From the NCBI GenBank assembly GCA_965116025.1, contig OZ220480.1, positions 1,856,001 through 1,920,000 of the forward strand: a stretch of 64,000 bases of DNA, read 5' to 3'. The notes under the pieces are model-generated. The model worked only from the letters and a program-made list of their open reading frames with translations, was not told where the DNA came from and ran no database searches. This document shows, piece by piece, positions 1 through 10,770 of the stretch. A program made the position numbers and the translations under genes. The DNA comes from an uncultured candidatus Porisulfidus sp. Lineage in GTDB: Bacteria > Pseudomonadota > Gammaproteobacteria > Poriferisulfidales > Poriferisulfidaceae. Within the stretch, counting starts at the first letter, position 1; the number at the start of each line of letters is the position of its first letter.

Positions 1-782
1 TTTCGCGTCATGGCCAAGGCCAATTTCCGTCCATCTGGAGAGAAGGCGGGCGCGCTGGAAGCGCGCCCGTCGCCTGGCAGGGCTCTGCGTCTCGCGTCGC
101 GCAAGCTCTGCAGGAACACCTGGGGCCGGCGCGTCTCGAACGACACGTAAGCCAGATGCCTACCGTCCGGCGACCATGTCGGGGATAGCAACGGACGCGG
201 CGAGGTTAGAATCGTGACCGGCGCGTGACCATCCGCGTCAGCCACGTGCAGACGGTAGCGCTTCCGCCCGTTCGCCTGAGTCTCGCTGACGTAGGCGATC
301 CGAGTATCAAACGCTCCGGGGATGCCCGTGATCGTCTCATGCAGCGCGTCCGCGGCCTGGTGCGCCAAGCGACGCGACTGCCGCGCCTTCGCCGCCAAGC
401 GGCGCGCCAGAATCTCTTTGCCCTCGCGCATATCGAACAGCCGGACATCCAACTGAATTCGGTCCAGCTCGATGGGACGCGCCAGAAGCGTCACCGCGTA
501 TTCCGCCATGCCGTTTTTCCAAGCGTCCCATTTCAGGGTCTCGCCAACTATAGCGTCTCTCAGCGCGTCAGACGTCTCCAGCACTTTGAAAAACCCGCTT
601 CTCGTCAGATCCGCGCCCACCACTTCCGTCAGTTCCGCGGTCATGGCCGACCGGGTCACCAGCGCGACCGAGATGCCTCGCTCCACGCCTTGGCTTATGT
701 CGACGCGAAATTCCGCGTGAGCCGAGCCCATGGCGCACGACAGCAGCAACAACGCGCAGGCGCGAGGCGAGACCACTCCCAT
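1..782 (-). CDS. tolB: Tol-Pal system beta-propeller protein TolB (runs off the window edge)
   Basis: Manual translation from ATG 782 gives a signal peptide, then 'GAFDTRIAYV', 'LLSPTWSPDGRHLAYVSFE' and 'APAFSPDGRKLA' PD40 repeats. Directly downstream of tolA. Confidence 0.93.
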   Translation of the reverse strand, partial: MGVVSPRACALLLLSCAMGSAHAEFRVDISQGVERGISVALVTRSAMTAELTEVVGADLTRSGFFKVLETSDALRDAIVGETLKWDAWKNGMAEYAVTLLARPIELDRIQLDVRLFDMREGKEILARRLAAKARQSRRLAHQAADALHETITGIPGAFDTRIAYVSETQANGRKRYRLHVADADGHAPVTILTSPRPLLSPTWSPDGRHLAYVSFETRRPQVFLQSLRDARRRALPGDGRASSAPAFSPDGRKLALAMTR

Positions 783-783
783 G

Positions 784-1587
784 TCAGCGCGCGCTCTCTG
801 GACGGAACGTGATCACCAGCTGGCGGTCAAACAACTCCGGTGCGGGAGGGAGAGGAAGCGGGCTAGCCCTCCGCACCGCGGAACGCAGGGATTCTTGCCA
901 GGCGCGCGAAGCTCGACACCTCCGCACCTGGACCGACAGCACCTCGCCCTTCTCGTTTTGCTCGACTTGCGCCTCGCACGGCTCAATGCGCCCCGCGGGA
1001 GGCTGAAGCCAGCGATCCTGGATCCTTTGCTTGATCGCGATGCGCCAGGCCTCCGCCTGCCGCGCCCGCCGCTCCGCCTCTCGCTGTCGTCGTCGCGCGC
1101 TCTCTTCCCGACGCGTCCGCGCGCGCGCTTCGACCTCTTTCAGCGCCCGCTCCTTTTCTTGAGCCTCGCGCTCGGCCTTAGCGCGCGCCGCCGCTCTCTT
1201 TTTCGCCTCGGCCTTCCGGCGCGCTTCCCGCTCGCGCTCGGCTTTCTTAGCCGCTTCTCTCTCGGCCTCCACCTTCTGCCGCGCCTCCCGTTCCGCCCTG
1301 CGCCTTTCCGCGCGCGCGCGCTCGGCCGCCTCGCGTTCCCGTCGCTCACGCGCCTCCTTCTCGCGCAACGCCTGCCGATAGGCTTCGCGCTTCTGTCGCA
1401 ACGAACGCTCGTCGGTCGCCTGCACTCGCACCGCCTCCGCTTCCGGGCGTGGTGGAACGTTGGATTGGGCCGACCGGAATCCGAACTGGAACAGCAAAGC
1501 CATGATCGCCACGTGAATGGCGGCCGCCCCAATCCAAGAACTCGGGCTGATTCCCCCGAGGGGTCCTTTCCGTCTTCGCCGACTCAC
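784..1587 (-). CDS. tolA: Cell envelope integrity protein TolA
   Basis: N-terminal TM helix, E/A/R/K-rich coiled coil and TonB-C-like tail 'ASPLPLPP'; tolQRAB synteny. Confidence 0.9.
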   Translation of the reverse strand: MSRRRRKGPLGGISPSSWIGAAAIHVAIMALLFQFGFRSAQSNVPPRPEAEAVRVQATDERSLRQKREAYRQALREKEARERREREAAERARAERRRAEREARQKVEAEREAAKKAEREREARRKAEAKKRAAARAKAEREAQEKERALKEVEARARTRREESARRRQREAERRARQAEAWRIAIKQRIQDRWLQPPAGRIEPCEAQVEQNEKGEVLSVQVRRCRASRAWQESLRSAVRRASPLPLPPAPELFDRQLVITFRPESAR

Positions 1588-2018
1588 GAGCCTTCCCGCG
1601 CGGGTTGCGTCAGCAAACTCAAGGCCGGGACTCCTGCTTGGTCCAGCCGGGCGATGGCCGCGACCACCGCGCCATAAGGCAGCCGAGAGTCGGCGCGGAC
1701 GTACAGCGCATCATCCGCTCCCTCCTTCATCATGCCCTTGACCAACCCCGGCAAGTCCGACTCCTCGACCGCATAGGCGAACACTCCTTCCCGCACTAGC
1801 CGGAACTCTCCCTCGCGGTTGATCTCCAGAACCAGCGGCTCTCGATAGGGCTCTGGCTCGACCGATTCGGAAGCCGCTTCCGGCAATTCGATCAGCAGGC
1901 CCTGTTGCATGAGTGGCGTGGCGATCATGAAGATCAACAGCAGCACCAGCATGACGTCCACGTACGGCACGATATTGATTTCCGCCATATGCCGGCGCGA
2001 GCTTCTCGGCACCATCAT
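1584..2018 (-). CDS. tolR: TolR/ExbD family protein
   Basis: 'AEINIVPYVDVMLVLLLIFMI' motif; follows tolQ. Confidence 0.93.
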   Translation of the reverse strand: MMVPRSSRRHMAEINIVPYVDVMLVLLLIFMIATPLMQQGLLIELPEAASESVEPEPYREPLVLEINREGEFRLVREGVFAYAVEESDLPGLVKGMMKEGADDALYVRADSRLPYGAVVAAIARLDQAGVPALSLLTQPAREGS

Positions 2019-2701
2019 GATGAGGGACTCGCGTCCAATGCCTCGCGCTGCAGGAGCGCGGTGAATTCCTCGATGAAGTTTCCGTATCGCGTCAGCAGCT
2101 TATCGACCCGGTCCGTGAACCGGTTATAGGCGATCACCGCCGGGATGGCGGCGAACAGGCCTAGAGCGGTCGCTACCAGGGCCTCGGAGATCCCCGGCGC
2201 GATCATGGTCAGCATGGAAGCGCCCTGGGTCGGATCCAGGGAGTGGAACGCGTTGATGATGCCCCAGACCGTCCCGAACAATCCGATATATGGGCTGGTC
2301 GAGCCGATCGTCGCCAACGTTGGCAGGTGCACCTCCAGACGCTCCGCCTCCCGAGCCAGCGCCACCCGCATGCCGCGCACCGCGGTATGGCTGACCGTGT
2401 CTGGTGACAATCGCTTGCTCCGAGCCAGTTGCGCGTATTCCCGAAAGCCGGCGCAGAACACGTCACCAAGCGGCGGACGCGAGCGCCGCTGGCGCATCTG
2501 GTCGTAGAACTTCATCAGCTCGATTCCCTGCCAAAACATGTCCTCGAACTCGACCGCGTCCCGATGCTGCTGGCGCAGGACGCGCGACTTGTTGAAGATG
2601 ATCACCCATGAGACGAACGAGGCCAGCAACAAGACCAGCATCACCGCCTGCACGACCAGGGACGCTTGGGTCAGCATCTCCCAAACGGAAAACTCAGGCA
2701 T
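2015..2701 (-). CDS. tolQ: TolQ
   Basis: 'LATIGSTSPYIGLFGTVWGI' and 'APGISEALVATALGLFAAIPAV' motifs. Confidence 0.96.
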   Translation of the reverse strand: MPEFSVWEMLTQASLVVQAVMLVLLLASFVSWVIIFNKSRVLRQQHRDAVEFEDMFWQGIELMKFYDQMRQRRSRPPLGDVFCAGFREYAQLARSKRLSPDTVSHTAVRGMRVALAREAERLEVHLPTLATIGSTSPYIGLFGTVWGIINAFHSLDPTQGASMLTMIAPGISEALVATALGLFAAIPAVIAYNRFTDRVDKLLTRYGNFIEEFTALLQREALDASPSS

Positions 2702-3092
2702 CGGATTCGGGCCTCCCGCGGAGGTCAGGCGGCAACGACGCGGGCGCCCAGGTCTCCACGCTCAGGCATGCGACCTGGACGAACGCCTCGACCAGGCATT
2801 CGTCTTCCCGACTCAGCGTCTGCTCGAAATCAAGCGAGAGGCGGGTTCGCCCCAACAATCTGGTGCGCACCGTCAGCTCGTCGTCCAGCCGCCCCGGAAG
2901 CCGGTAACGCGCCGACAGGGTTCGCACGGCGAACACGCGCCGATGCTCTCGCGCCAGCGATTCCAAGGTATGCCCACGGCCGCGAAGCCACTCGGTTCGA
3001 CCGCGGTCCAAGTAGCGGATGGCAGCCGCGTGGTACAGCACGCCGCCCGCGTCGGTGTCCTCGTAATACACCCGCGCCACGAGCTCGTCCAC
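2694..3092 (-). CDS. ybgC: Tol-Pal-associated acyl-CoA thioesterase
   Basis: 'RVYYEDTDAGGVLYHA' motif; lies between ruvB and tolQ. Confidence 0.93.
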   Translation of the reverse strand: MDELVARVYYEDTDAGGVLYHAAAIRYLDRGRTEWLRGRGHTLESLAREHRRVFAVRTLSARYRLPGRLDDELTVRTRLLGRTRLSLDFEQTLSREDECLVEAFVQVACLSVETWAPASLPPDLRGRPESDA

Positions 3093-3094
3093 GG

Positions 3095-4132
3095 CTAGCT
3101 CTCCGGCCGCGACAGCGGCAACTCGTCCGGTCCCGGCGCGGGCTTCAATCCTAGATGCTTCCGCGCGCGCGGCGTCGCGACCCTGCCCCGAGGAGTGCGC
3201 ATCAGGAACCCCAGCTGGATCAGATACGGCTCGACCACGTCCTCTAGCGTCCCGCGCTCCTCATTGACGGCCACGGATAGACTGTCGATCCCGACCGGCC
3301 CGCCATCGAACTTCTCGAAGATGACGCGCAGGTATTCGCGGTCCAGCCGATCAATGCCGCACCGATCGACTCGCATGAATTCCAGCGCCTCCGACGCCAC
3401 GGAGGCGGTCACCTGCCCATCCGCCCGAACTTCCGCGTAATCGCGCACGCGCCGCAACAGGCGGTTCGCTATGCGCGGCGTGCCGCGCGAGCGGCGCCCC
3501 ACCTCCAACGCGCCCGCCTCATCGATCGGAATCTCAAGAATGCTGGCGGAACGCCGCGCGATGCGGGCCAGATCCTCCTTGGGGTAGAAATCCAACCGCC
3601 CGGTGATGCCAAACCGAGACATCAGCGGCGGGGTCAGCAATCCCGCCCGAGTGGTCGCGCCGACCAGCGTGAACGGCGGCAGGTCCAGCTGAATCGAGCG
3701 CGCCGCCGCGCCCTCCCCGATCATCAGATCGATCCGGCAGTCCTCCAGCGCCGGATACAGGATCTCCTCCACGGCCGGCTGCAGGCGGTGAATCTCGTCG
3801 ATGAACAGGACGTCGCCCTCCTGCAGGCTGGTCAGGATCGCGGCCAAATCCCCGCCACGCTCCAGCACTGGTCCCGCCGACTGGCGCAACTGCCCGCCCA
3901 TCTCATGCGCGACGATGTGCGACACGGTCGTCTTGCCCAGCCCGGGAGGGCCGAACACCAAAACGTGATCCAGGGGACGTCCGCGCCGCCGCGCGGCCTC
4001 GATGAACACCCCAAACTGCTCGCGCAGCTCCGCCTGGCCAATGAAGTCCTTCAGCGTCCGAGGACGGATGCTGTTCTCCAGCGACGCCTCGCCCGGCGCG
4101 GCTCCGCGCCGCAGCAACGGCTCCCCACTCAT
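3095..4132 (-). CDS. ruvB: Holliday junction branch migration helicase RuvB
   Basis: 'GPPGLGKTT', 'FIDEIHRL', '[16 protein letters not shown]'. Start set at ATG 4132, overlapping the ruvA stop. Confidence 0.97.
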   Translation of the reverse strand: MSGEPLLRRGAAPGEASLENSIRPRTLKDFIGQAELREQFGVFIEAARRRGRPLDHVLVFGPPGLGKTTVSHIVAHEMGGQLRQSAGPVLERGGDLAAILTSLQEGDVLFIDEIHRLQPAVEEILYPALEDCRIDLMIGEGAAARSIQLDLPPFTLVGATTRAGLLTPPLMSRFGITGRLDFYPKEDLARIARRSASILEIPIDEAGALEVGRRSRGTPRIANRLLRRVRDYAEVRADGQVTASVASEALEFMRVDRCGIDRLDREYLRVIFEKFDGGPVGIDSLSVAVNEERGTLEDVVEPYLIQLGFLMRTPRGRVATPRARKHLGLKPAPGPDELPLSRPES

Positions 4133-4704
4133 CGCGCGCACCCCCGCAAGGCTTGCCGGATGATCTCCTCGGTCCCCATCTCCCGCGTGTCGAAGGCATC
4201 GATCATGCGCTGGGCTTCCGCCGGCTTCCACCCCAAGCGCGCCAGCGCCTGCTGCGCCTCGCGTTGCGGCGTGACCGCCTCGGCAGCCTCGCCATCCTCC
4301 ACCTTCGGCATCATGCCCCGCAACTCCACCAGCAATCGCTGAGCCGTCTTCTTGCCGATGCCCGGGACCTGGACCAATCCCTCCAGGTTCCCCGACTCGA
4401 CATGCTGTCGAAGCGTCGCTCCCGGCAACGCCGACAGTATCGCCAGCGCGGTCTTGGCCCCGACCCCGTTGACTCGCGTCAACTGGCCGAACCACCCGCG
4501 TTCCGCATCGTCGGAAAACCCGTACAGGACATGCGCGTTCTCGCGTACCACCAGCAAGGTCGGGAGCGTCACTTCCGAATCGTCCTCCGGCAAATTGTCG
4601 AACGCGGACATCGTCGCCAGCACCAGATAGCCTACGCCGCCCGCCTCCACGATCAGCTCTGGAGGTTGGCGGTAGGTTACGGAACCGCGGAGATAGGCGA
4701 TCAC
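4129..4704 (-). CDS. ruvA: Holliday junction branch migration protein RuvA
   Basis: 'GGVGY', 'LYGF', HhH motifs '[10 protein letters not shown]' and '[12 protein letters not shown]'. Confidence 0.96.
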   Translation of the reverse strand: MIAYLRGSVTYRQPPELIVEAGGVGYLVLATMSAFDNLPEDDSEVTLPTLLVVRENAHVLYGFSDDAERGWFGQLTRVNGVGAKTALAILSALPGATLRQHVESGNLEGLVQVPGIGKKTAQRLLVELRGMMPKVEDGEAAEAVTPQREAQQALARLGWKPAEAQRMIDAFDTREMGTEEIIRQALRGCAR

Positions 4705-5192
4705 GTCACGCGCTCCCGCGGCGTCAGCGCGCGGCTATGCGCGTGGCACAAGGCCAGACCCAAAGCGTCGGCCTCGTCCGCCTGCGGTGTGACGGAAAGT
4801 CCAAGCAAACGCCGCACCATGAACTGGACCTGCTCCTTGGTGGCGGCACCCTGGCCCGTGATCGCCTGCTTCATGCTGCGCGGAGAGTACTCGAACACCT
4901 CAAGCTCGCGCGCCACGCAAGCGCTGATCAGCGCCCCGCGCGCCTGGCCAAGTTTCAGGGCGGTCCCCATGTTGATGGATACGAAAGAGGATTCGATCAC
5001 GGCGCAGTCCGGCGCGTGAATCCCGAGCACCTCGTCCAAGCGCAGAAACAACTCTCCCAACCGCCGGGGGATCGGGCCCTGATCGGGACTGATGCGCCCG
5101 CTGCAGTGATAATGATGGCGATACCCGTCGGTGTCGATCACGCCATAGCCGGTGTGCCGCAAGCCTGGATCCAGCCCGATCACCCGAACCAT
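4701..5192 (-). CDS. ruvC: Crossover junction endodeoxyribonuclease RuvC
   Basis: '[13 protein letters not shown]', 'LKLGQARG', '[12 protein letters not shown]'. Confidence 0.96.
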   Translation of the reverse strand: MVRVIGLDPGLRHTGYGVIDTDGYRHHYHCSGRISPDQGPIPRRLGELFLRLDEVLGIHAPDCAVIESSFVSINMGTALKLGQARGALISACVARELEVFEYSPRSMKQAITGQGAATKEQVQFMVRRLLGLSVTPQADEADALGLALCHAHSRALTPRERVT

Positions 5193-5195
5193 GGA

Positions 5196-5936
5196 TTAAG
5201 CCTCATACACGGAATCCGGGACGCTCGCGTTGGTATAGACGTTCTGCACGTCGTCCAGCTCCTCCAGCGCCTCCACGAGATTCATGAGCTTTCGGGCGTC
5301 CTCGCCCTCCAGTTCGACCAGAGTCTGGGCCCGCATCGTCACCTCGGCATGGTCCGGCGACTGCCCCGCCTCGGTCAGGCTCTGCCGAACCGCCATGAAA
5401 TCTTGAGGTTGCGTTAGCACCTCCACCGAATCGTCATCCAGAACCGCCAGATCCTCGGCCCCCGCGTCCGCGGCTCGCTCCATCAGGCGGTCCGCGTCCG
5501 CGCCCGGCGCGTAGCTCAACACCCCCACCGTCGAGAACAAATAGGTTACCGATCCGGTGTTGCCAAGACTACCTCCATGCTTGCCGAGCGCATGGCGGAC
5601 CTCGGAGACCGTGCGGTTCCGATTGTCGCTGAGACAGTCGATCAGCACCGCCACCCCGCCCGGGCCGTAGCCCTCATAACGGATCTCCTCGTACGCGGCG
5701 CCGTCCGCGTCCCCACAACCGCGCTTGATCGCGCGCTCGACCGTGTCCTTCGGCATGTTCGCCGACATCGCCTTGTCCACTGCCAAACGAAGGCGGGAAT
5801 TATCGGCGGGATCCGGTCCGCCGATCTTCGCCGCCACCATGACCTCGCGGATCAGCTTGGAAAACAGCTTGCCCCGCTTATCGTCCTGCCGCTTCTTGCG
5901 GTGCTGAATATTCGCCCATTTGCTATGCCCCGCCAT
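5196..5936 (-). CDS. yebC: YebC/PmpR family protein
   Basis: 'MAGHSKWANIQHRK', 'YEGYGPGG', 'DDVQNVYTN'. Confidence 0.97.
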   Translation of the reverse strand: MAGHSKWANIQHRKKRQDDKRGKLFSKLIREVMVAAKIGGPDPADNSRLRLAVDKAMSANMPKDTVERAIKRGCGDADGAAYEEIRYEGYGPGGVAVLIDCLSDNRNRTVSEVRHALGKHGGSLGNTGSVTYLFSTVGVLSYAPGADADRLMERAADAGAEDLAVLDDDSVEVLTQPQDFMAVRQSLTEAGQSPDHAEVTMRAQTLVELEGEDARKLMNLVEALEELDDVQNVYTNASVPDSVYEA

Positions 5937-5978
5937 GATGATGCGCTCACTGAATTTCGACGATCCCGAAATCCTATC

Positions 5979-6479
5979 TTAATGCCTAGTGGAAATCGGG
6001 CGCTCTCCGGGATGCGGGCGGACTGGAACCCAGTCGAGAATCGCCTGCCTGTTCGTCGGGGAGGACGCGCGCCGCGCCGCTTGCTGGCGCGGTAGCCATT
6101 CGTACTCCGCGTGCTCCATGACGTCCAGGATCACGGGGCAAGCGCCGGGTACCTCCAAACGGAAGACGTGCTCGCGGTTCTCCCGAACCCCCTTGGCGTA
6201 TCGATGGAGCCATATCTCGTAAATCTCGAACAGATGGCTGTCGTGGCAATCCTCCAGCGCGGCGGCGTCCAGCCCCGTCTCCTCGGCCAGCTCCCGCCGA
6301 GCCGCCTGCTCCGGCTCCTCACCCCATTCCAGGCTTCCGGTCACGGATTGCCAAAACGTCGGGGGCTCATGCCGCCGCAACATCAGCACCAGGGCATCAG
6401 CGCTGTAGACCACCACCAGCACCGATTCCGGGCGCTTGCGCGCGGGCTCTCCCACCATCACGAGCGATTCCGAATCCAT
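5979..6479 (-). CDS. nudB: Dihydroneopterin triphosphate diphosphatase (Nudix)
   Basis: 'KRPESVLVV', 'FWQSVTGS', Nudix box '[11 protein letters not shown]'; aspS-nudB-yebC synteny. Confidence 0.93.
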   Translation of the reverse strand: MDSESLVMVGEPARKRPESVLVVVYSADALVLMLRRHEPPTFWQSVTGSLEWGEEPEQAARRELAEETGLDAAALEDCHDSHLFEIYEIWLHRYAKGVRENREHVFRLEVPGACPVILDVMEHAEYEWLPRQQAARRASSPTNRQAILDWVPVRPHPGERPISTRH

Positions 6480-8257
6480 CTGAGTCCCAGCTCGCGCATC
6501 TGGTCCATCTCCACCTTCTCAGGCGCTCCGGTCAGCAGGCAGTTAGCGGTTTGGGTCTTGGGAAACGCGATCACGTCCCGGATCGCGCTGGCTCCGGTCA
6601 GCAGCATGACCAAGCGGTCGAAGCCGAACGCGATACCGCCATGCGGCGGGCATCCATAGCGCAGGGCATCCAGCAGAAATCCGAATTTGGCCCGCGCCTC
6701 CTCGGCGCCAATGCCAAGCAACGCGAACACCGCGCGCTGGATTTCCAGACGATGGATGCGAATCGAGCCACCCCCAACCTCCACGCCGTTGATCACCATA
6801 TCGTAAGCGCGCGCGCGCGCCGCGCCCGGGTCAGCCTCCAGCCGTTCCACGTCCTCCACCGCCGGCGCCGTGAACGGATGGTGCATGGCCAGCCAGCGAC
6901 CCGCGTCGGGATCTCGCTCGAAGAGCGGAAAATCCACCACCCAAAGAGAGCGCCATCCATCCTCAATCAGGCCCAAGTCCTCCGCCAAACGCTCGCGCAG
7001 GAAAGACAAAGACGCGTTGACGACGCTCGCTCGGTCCGCCCCGAACAGAATCAAGTCCCCGTCTCGCGCCCCGGTCCGTTCCAGGATGCCCGCCACCGCC
7101 TCGTCATGCAGGAACTTCAGAAAGCCCGCCTGCAGACCCTCGCGGCCCTGCTCGACCCGGTTACATTTTATGTACGCGAGACCCTTCGCTCCGTACGGCC
7201 GGATCGCCTCGGCGTACGCCTCGATCTGCCCGAGACTCATGCCGGAGGCTCCCGGAACGCGCATCGCGCTCACCCGCGCGCCCGCGCGACGGGCCGGCTC
7301 GCGAAAGACCTTGAACTCCACGTCCTCAAGCAGGTCGGCCACGTCCACGAGCTCCATTTCCGGAATTCTCAGATCCGGACGGTCCGTGCCAAACCTGCGC
7401 ATGGCCTCGGCATACGGCAGGCGCGGAAACGAATCCGGCGCGGCCTCTCCCACGACCTCGAAAAGCGCGCGCGCCAACCCCTCCATCATCTCCAGAATCC
7501 GCGCTTCCTCAAGAAACGACGTCTCGATATCGATCTGAGTGAACTCCGGCTGGCGGTCCTGCCGCGGGTCCTCGTCCCGAAAGCAACGGACGATCTGGTA
7601 GTAGCGGTCCACGCCACCCATCATCAGCATCTGCTTGAACAGCTGCGGAGACTGCGGAAGCGCGAAACACTTTCCGGGATGAGTCCGGCTTGGCGCCAGA
7701 TACTCGCGCGCTCCCTCCGGGGTGGCGCGGGTCAAAAACGGAGTCTCGACCTCGAGGAATCCGCGCGCGCTCAAATATTCGCGCGTGGCGGCCGCCAGCC
7801 GGGCGCGAACGCGCAGACGCTCCTGCATCGCCGGTCGGCGCAACTCGATGTACCGATAGCGCAAGCGATGATCCTCATGCACTTGCTCGTCATCCAGTTG
7901 GTACGGTGGGGGATCGGCCGGATTCAGGATCTCCAGCTTTGCGCAAGCCACCTCGAGCTCGCCCGTCGGCAGTTCCGGATTGGCCGTGCCCTCGGGGCGA
8001 GCGCGCGCTTCCCCCACGACGGCCAGCACGAACTCCGCGCGGACCTGCTCGGCCTTGGCGAACAGCTCGGCCTGATCAGGATTCACCACGACCTGGACCA
8101 GTCCACTGTGGTCACGCAAATCGATAAAAATGATACCGCCATGATCGCGGCGACGGTTCACCCAACCGAACAGCCGAACTTCCCGCCCAAGGTGGTCTTC
8201 CCGAACATCCCCGCAATAGCAACGGTCCTCGACTGTCGCGGTATCTCGTTCAGCCAT
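6458..8257 (-). CDS. aspS: Aspartate--tRNA ligase (probably non-discriminating)
   Basis: '[19 protein letters not shown]', '[11 protein letters not shown]', '[13 protein letters not shown]'. Start set at ATG 8257. Confidence 0.97.
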   Translation of the reverse strand: MAERDTATVEDRCYCGDVREDHLGREVRLFGWVNRRRDHGGIIFIDLRDHSGLVQVVVNPDQAELFAKAEQVRAEFVLAVVGEARARPEGTANPELPTGELEVACAKLEILNPADPPPYQLDDEQVHEDHRLRYRYIELRRPAMQERLRVRARLAAATREYLSARGFLEVETPFLTRATPEGAREYLAPSRTHPGKCFALPQSPQLFKQMLMMGGVDRYYQIVRCFRDEDPRQDRQPEFTQIDIETSFLEEARILEMMEGLARALFEVVGEAAPDSFPRLPYAEAMRRFGTDRPDLRIPEMELVDVADLLEDVEFKVFREPARRAGARVSAMRVPGASGMSLGQIEAYAEAIRPYGAKGLAYIKCNRVEQGREGLQAGFLKFLHDEAVAGILERTGARDGDLILFGADRASVVNASLSFLRERLAEDLGLIEDGWRSLWVVDFPLFERDPDAGRWLAMHHPFTAPAVEDVERLEADPGAARARAYDMVINGVEVGGGSIRIHRLEIQRAVFALLGIGAEEARAKFGFLLDALRYGCPPHGGIAFGFDRLVMLLTGASAIRDVIAFPKTQTANCLLTGAPEKVEMDQMRELGLRWIRNRS

Positions 8258-8564
8258 CGGAAGCCCCGGCTGGCGAAGCGTCTCCTCCGGACGCTTTCGC
8301 TCCGCTCCCACTTTTCGAGGTTGGGCTCCCGCCAGCTTCCGGCTTCGCCTTGGCCTTGTCGGGGGATGGTTCCTTTTTTGGCTTCTTCTTGAAATCGGTC
8401 TCGTACCAGCCGTTGCCCTTGAGCCGGAATCCGGCCGCCGTCAACTGCTTGCGCAAGCGTTCCGCTCCGCATTTCGGGCATCGGGTCAGAGGGACTTCGC
8501 CGACTTTCTGCAACGCCTCCAATTCATGCCCGCAGGCTTCGCATCGATACTGGTAGATGGGCAT
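8250..8564 (-). CDS. FmdB family zinc-ribbon protein
   Basis: '[13 protein letters not shown]...CPKCG...[14 protein letters not shown]'; usual position upstream of aspS. Confidence 0.9.
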   Translation of the reverse strand: MPIYQYRCEACGHELEALQKVGEVPLTRCPKCGAERLRKQLTAAGFRLKGNGWYETDFKKKPKKEPSPDKAKAKPEAGGSPTSKSGSGAKASGGDASPAGASDG

Positions 8565-8566
8565 GG

Positions 8567-9071
8567 TCAGATCACGTTTGGGGCGGCGGCGCGCTGATTA
8601 TAAAGGCCGACCGAATCGCCCACTCGAATCCAGCCGTCCGCCACCACGCGGGCCGTCACGCCTCCCATTCCCGTCATCGCGTCGCGCCCGCCAGCCCCCA
8701 GCGCCGCGTCCATAGCGCGGCATGGCGGGCAATCGCCCGTTCCCTCGAGCAACGCCGCGCCGACCCGAAACCGCCGTCCAACCAGAGTCTGAAGATCGAT
8801 CCCGGACACCACGAGGTTGCGGCGCAACAAGGCGGGTTTCGGCGCGCGCCGCGCTCGGACGCCAATAATGGGAAGATGTTCCGACTGCAATAGGGTCAAC
8901 CTGCCGCCGCCCTCCAGACCTCCGGATCGCGTGGTCTCCAGCCAGTCCGCGCCCCGAAACCGCCCGCGCCTCGCCAAGGGCCTCGACGGGCCGGTCCCGC
9001 CCGGGGCGAATGCCGATCCATTCGACGCGGCCCGCGCCGGAAAAGCGAGGGCTAGGAACGTCCGGCCTCAT
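8567..9071 (-). pseudogene. MOSC-domain protein with a +1 frameshift
   Basis: N-half 'GRVEWIGIRP...GLAGDH...RRQV' and C-half 'TLLQSEHL...LRRNLVVSG...CPPC...GGVTARV' are in different frames. One extra base at about 8897-8899; total length 505 nt (3n+1). Confidence 0.8.
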
Positions 9072-10348
9072 GCGGCCAAACCCAGTCGGGTCACGCCGTT
9101 CATCCATGGCTCCAAACACTCTGGAATCCGCACGGTTCCATCCTCGCGCTGGTAATTTTCCAAAACGGCGACCAGCGCGCGGCCAACCGCTAAGCCAGAG
9201 CCATTCAGGGTATGCAGCAACCGTGGCGAGTCCCCAGGGGCGGGGCGGAAGCGGGCCTGGATTCTGCGCGCCTGGAAATCCCGGAAATTGCTGCAGGAAG
9301 AGATCTCCCGATAGGTGTTCTGACTCGGGATCCAGACTTCCAGATCATAGGTGCGCGCGGCAGCGAAACCCATGTCGCCACCGCACAGGGAAACCACCCG
9401 ATATGGCAGGCCCAGTTCCCGCAGGACGGCCTCCGCGTCCCTCGTCAGCATCTCCAAAGCCTCGTCCGAATCCCCCGGACGCGTGGCCATCACCAACTCC
9501 ACCTTCTCGAACTGGTGCTGCCGAATCATGCCTCGGGCGTCCATGCCGTACGAGCCCGCCTCGGCTCGAAAACATGGGGTGTGCGCGACCTTCTTCCAAG
9601 GCAACTCCGAAGCCTCCAGAATCGCGTCTCGCAATAGATTCGTCACCGGCACCTCGGCGGTAGGAATCAGAAAAAGCCGCTCGCCTTCCAGCGCGAACAG
9701 ATCCTCGCGAAACTTGGGTAGCTGGCCGGTTCCCTCCAGGCTGGCCGCGTTCACCAAATAAGGGACATAGCATTCCTGATAACCATGCCGGCGCGTATGC
9801 ATGTCCAGCATGAACTGGGTCAGCGCCCGGTGCAGAAGCGCCAGCTCGCCATGCAGCGTCGAGAAGCGCGCTCCAGACATGACCGCGGCGCGACGCGCGT
9901 CCAACAACCCCGCGCGCTCCCCCAGCCGCGCGTGGTCAAGCGGCTCGAATCCGAACTCCACGGGCTCGCCCCAACGGCGCGCTTCCACATTGCCCTCCGC
10001 GCCTTCGCCATCCGGGACTTCCGGATCCAGCAGATTCGGCACGCCGATCAGCCAGGCGTCTAGCCGCTCTCGAATCGATGCCAGCTCCGCCTGACGGCTT
10101 TTCATCTGGTCACCCAGATCCGACACCCGCTCCATCAGCTCGCTCGCGTCTTCGCCACGCCGCCGAACCTCGCCAATGCGCCGCGACAAATCGTTTCGCC
10201 GCGCTTGAAGGGACTCCGCGGCGCTCTGCGCGGACTTGCGCTCGGCCTCCAGTTCCGCGTAAACCGTCGCGTCGAAGGCGAATCCACGCCGGGACAGATT
10301 CTCCGCGACCGCGCGCGGGTTGGCGCGCAAGGCTTTCGGATCCAGCAT
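9068..10348 (-). CDS. serS: Serine--tRNA ligase
   Basis: 'LIPTAEVP', 'FRAEAGS', 'RQHQFEKVE', 'EISSCSN', 'HTLNGSGLAVGR'. Confidence 0.98.
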   Translation of the reverse strand: MLDPKALRANPRAVAENLSRRGFAFDATVYAELEAERKSAQSAAESLQARRNDLSRRIGEVRRRGEDASELMERVSDLGDQMKSRQAELASIRERLDAWLIGVPNLLDPEVPDGEGAEGNVEARRWGEPVEFGFEPLDHARLGERAGLLDARRAAVMSGARFSTLHGELALLHRALTQFMLDMHTRRHGYQECYVPYLVNAASLEGTGQLPKFREDLFALEGERLFLIPTAEVPVTNLLRDAILEASELPWKKVAHTPCFRAEAGSYGMDARGMIRQHQFEKVELVMATRPGDSDEALEMLTRDAEAVLRELGLPYRVVSLCGGDMGFAAARTYDLEVWIPSQNTYREISSCSNFRDFQARRIQARFRPAPGDSPRLLHTLNGSGLAVGRALVAVLENYQREDGTVRIPECLEPWMNGVTRLGLAA

Positions 10349-10360
10349 GCGCGTGGCCGC

Positions 10361-10660
10361 CTACGCGCTCGGCGGTTTCCAAATTCCAAACGCCTTGGCA
10401 GGATCCGCGGGCCGCGGCGGGGTCCGGGGACGCGACTTATCGCTCACATCCTTCAGAACATGCTCGCTGAACTCGTTGATTTGCTTGAGCAATTCTTTCC
10501 TCTCCGAGGCGGGTTGATCGACGTTCGCGATCAACAGCCCGATGACCGCGGCGAAATACTGGGCGGCGATCACCGTGTCTTGACACTGATCATCATGCTC
10601 GCACAAGGAGCTCAGCAACTCCTTCACAAGTTCTCGACTCAGATTGATTTGTTTCTGCAT
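10361..10660 (-). CDS. Small hypothetical protein
   Basis: 99-aa ORF from ATG 10660 with a GGAGG RBS, helical body and C-terminal 'AFGIWKP'. Confidence 0.7.
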   Translation of the reverse strand: MQKQINLSRELVKELLSSLCEHDDQCQDTVIAAQYFAAVIGLLIANVDQPASERKELLKQINEFSEHVLKDVSDKSRPRTPPRPADPAKAFGIWKPPSA

Positions 10661-10693
10661 CGGCTCGTCGCCTCCAAATTTTCGGTGAATGAG

Positions 10694-10770
10694 TGGCGCG
10701 CCCGGAGGGATTCGAACCCCCGACCTTGTGGTTCGTAGCCACACACTCTATCCAACTGAGCTACGGGCGC
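10694..10770 (-). tRNA. tRNA-Arg (ACG)
   Basis: GCGCCCGTAGCTCAGTTGGATAGAG...GGCT-ACG-AACC...GGTTCGAATCC...CCA, 77 nt; TATAAT on the minus strand at 10803-10808. Confidence 0.97.

Noticed and set aside
3095-4495. 466-aa RuvB
   Set aside because: The upstream part overlaps ruvA in another frame; the start at 4132 fits translational coupling.
6551-8392. 613-aa + strand ORF
   Set aside because: Antisense shadow of aspS caused by GC codon bias; no motifs.
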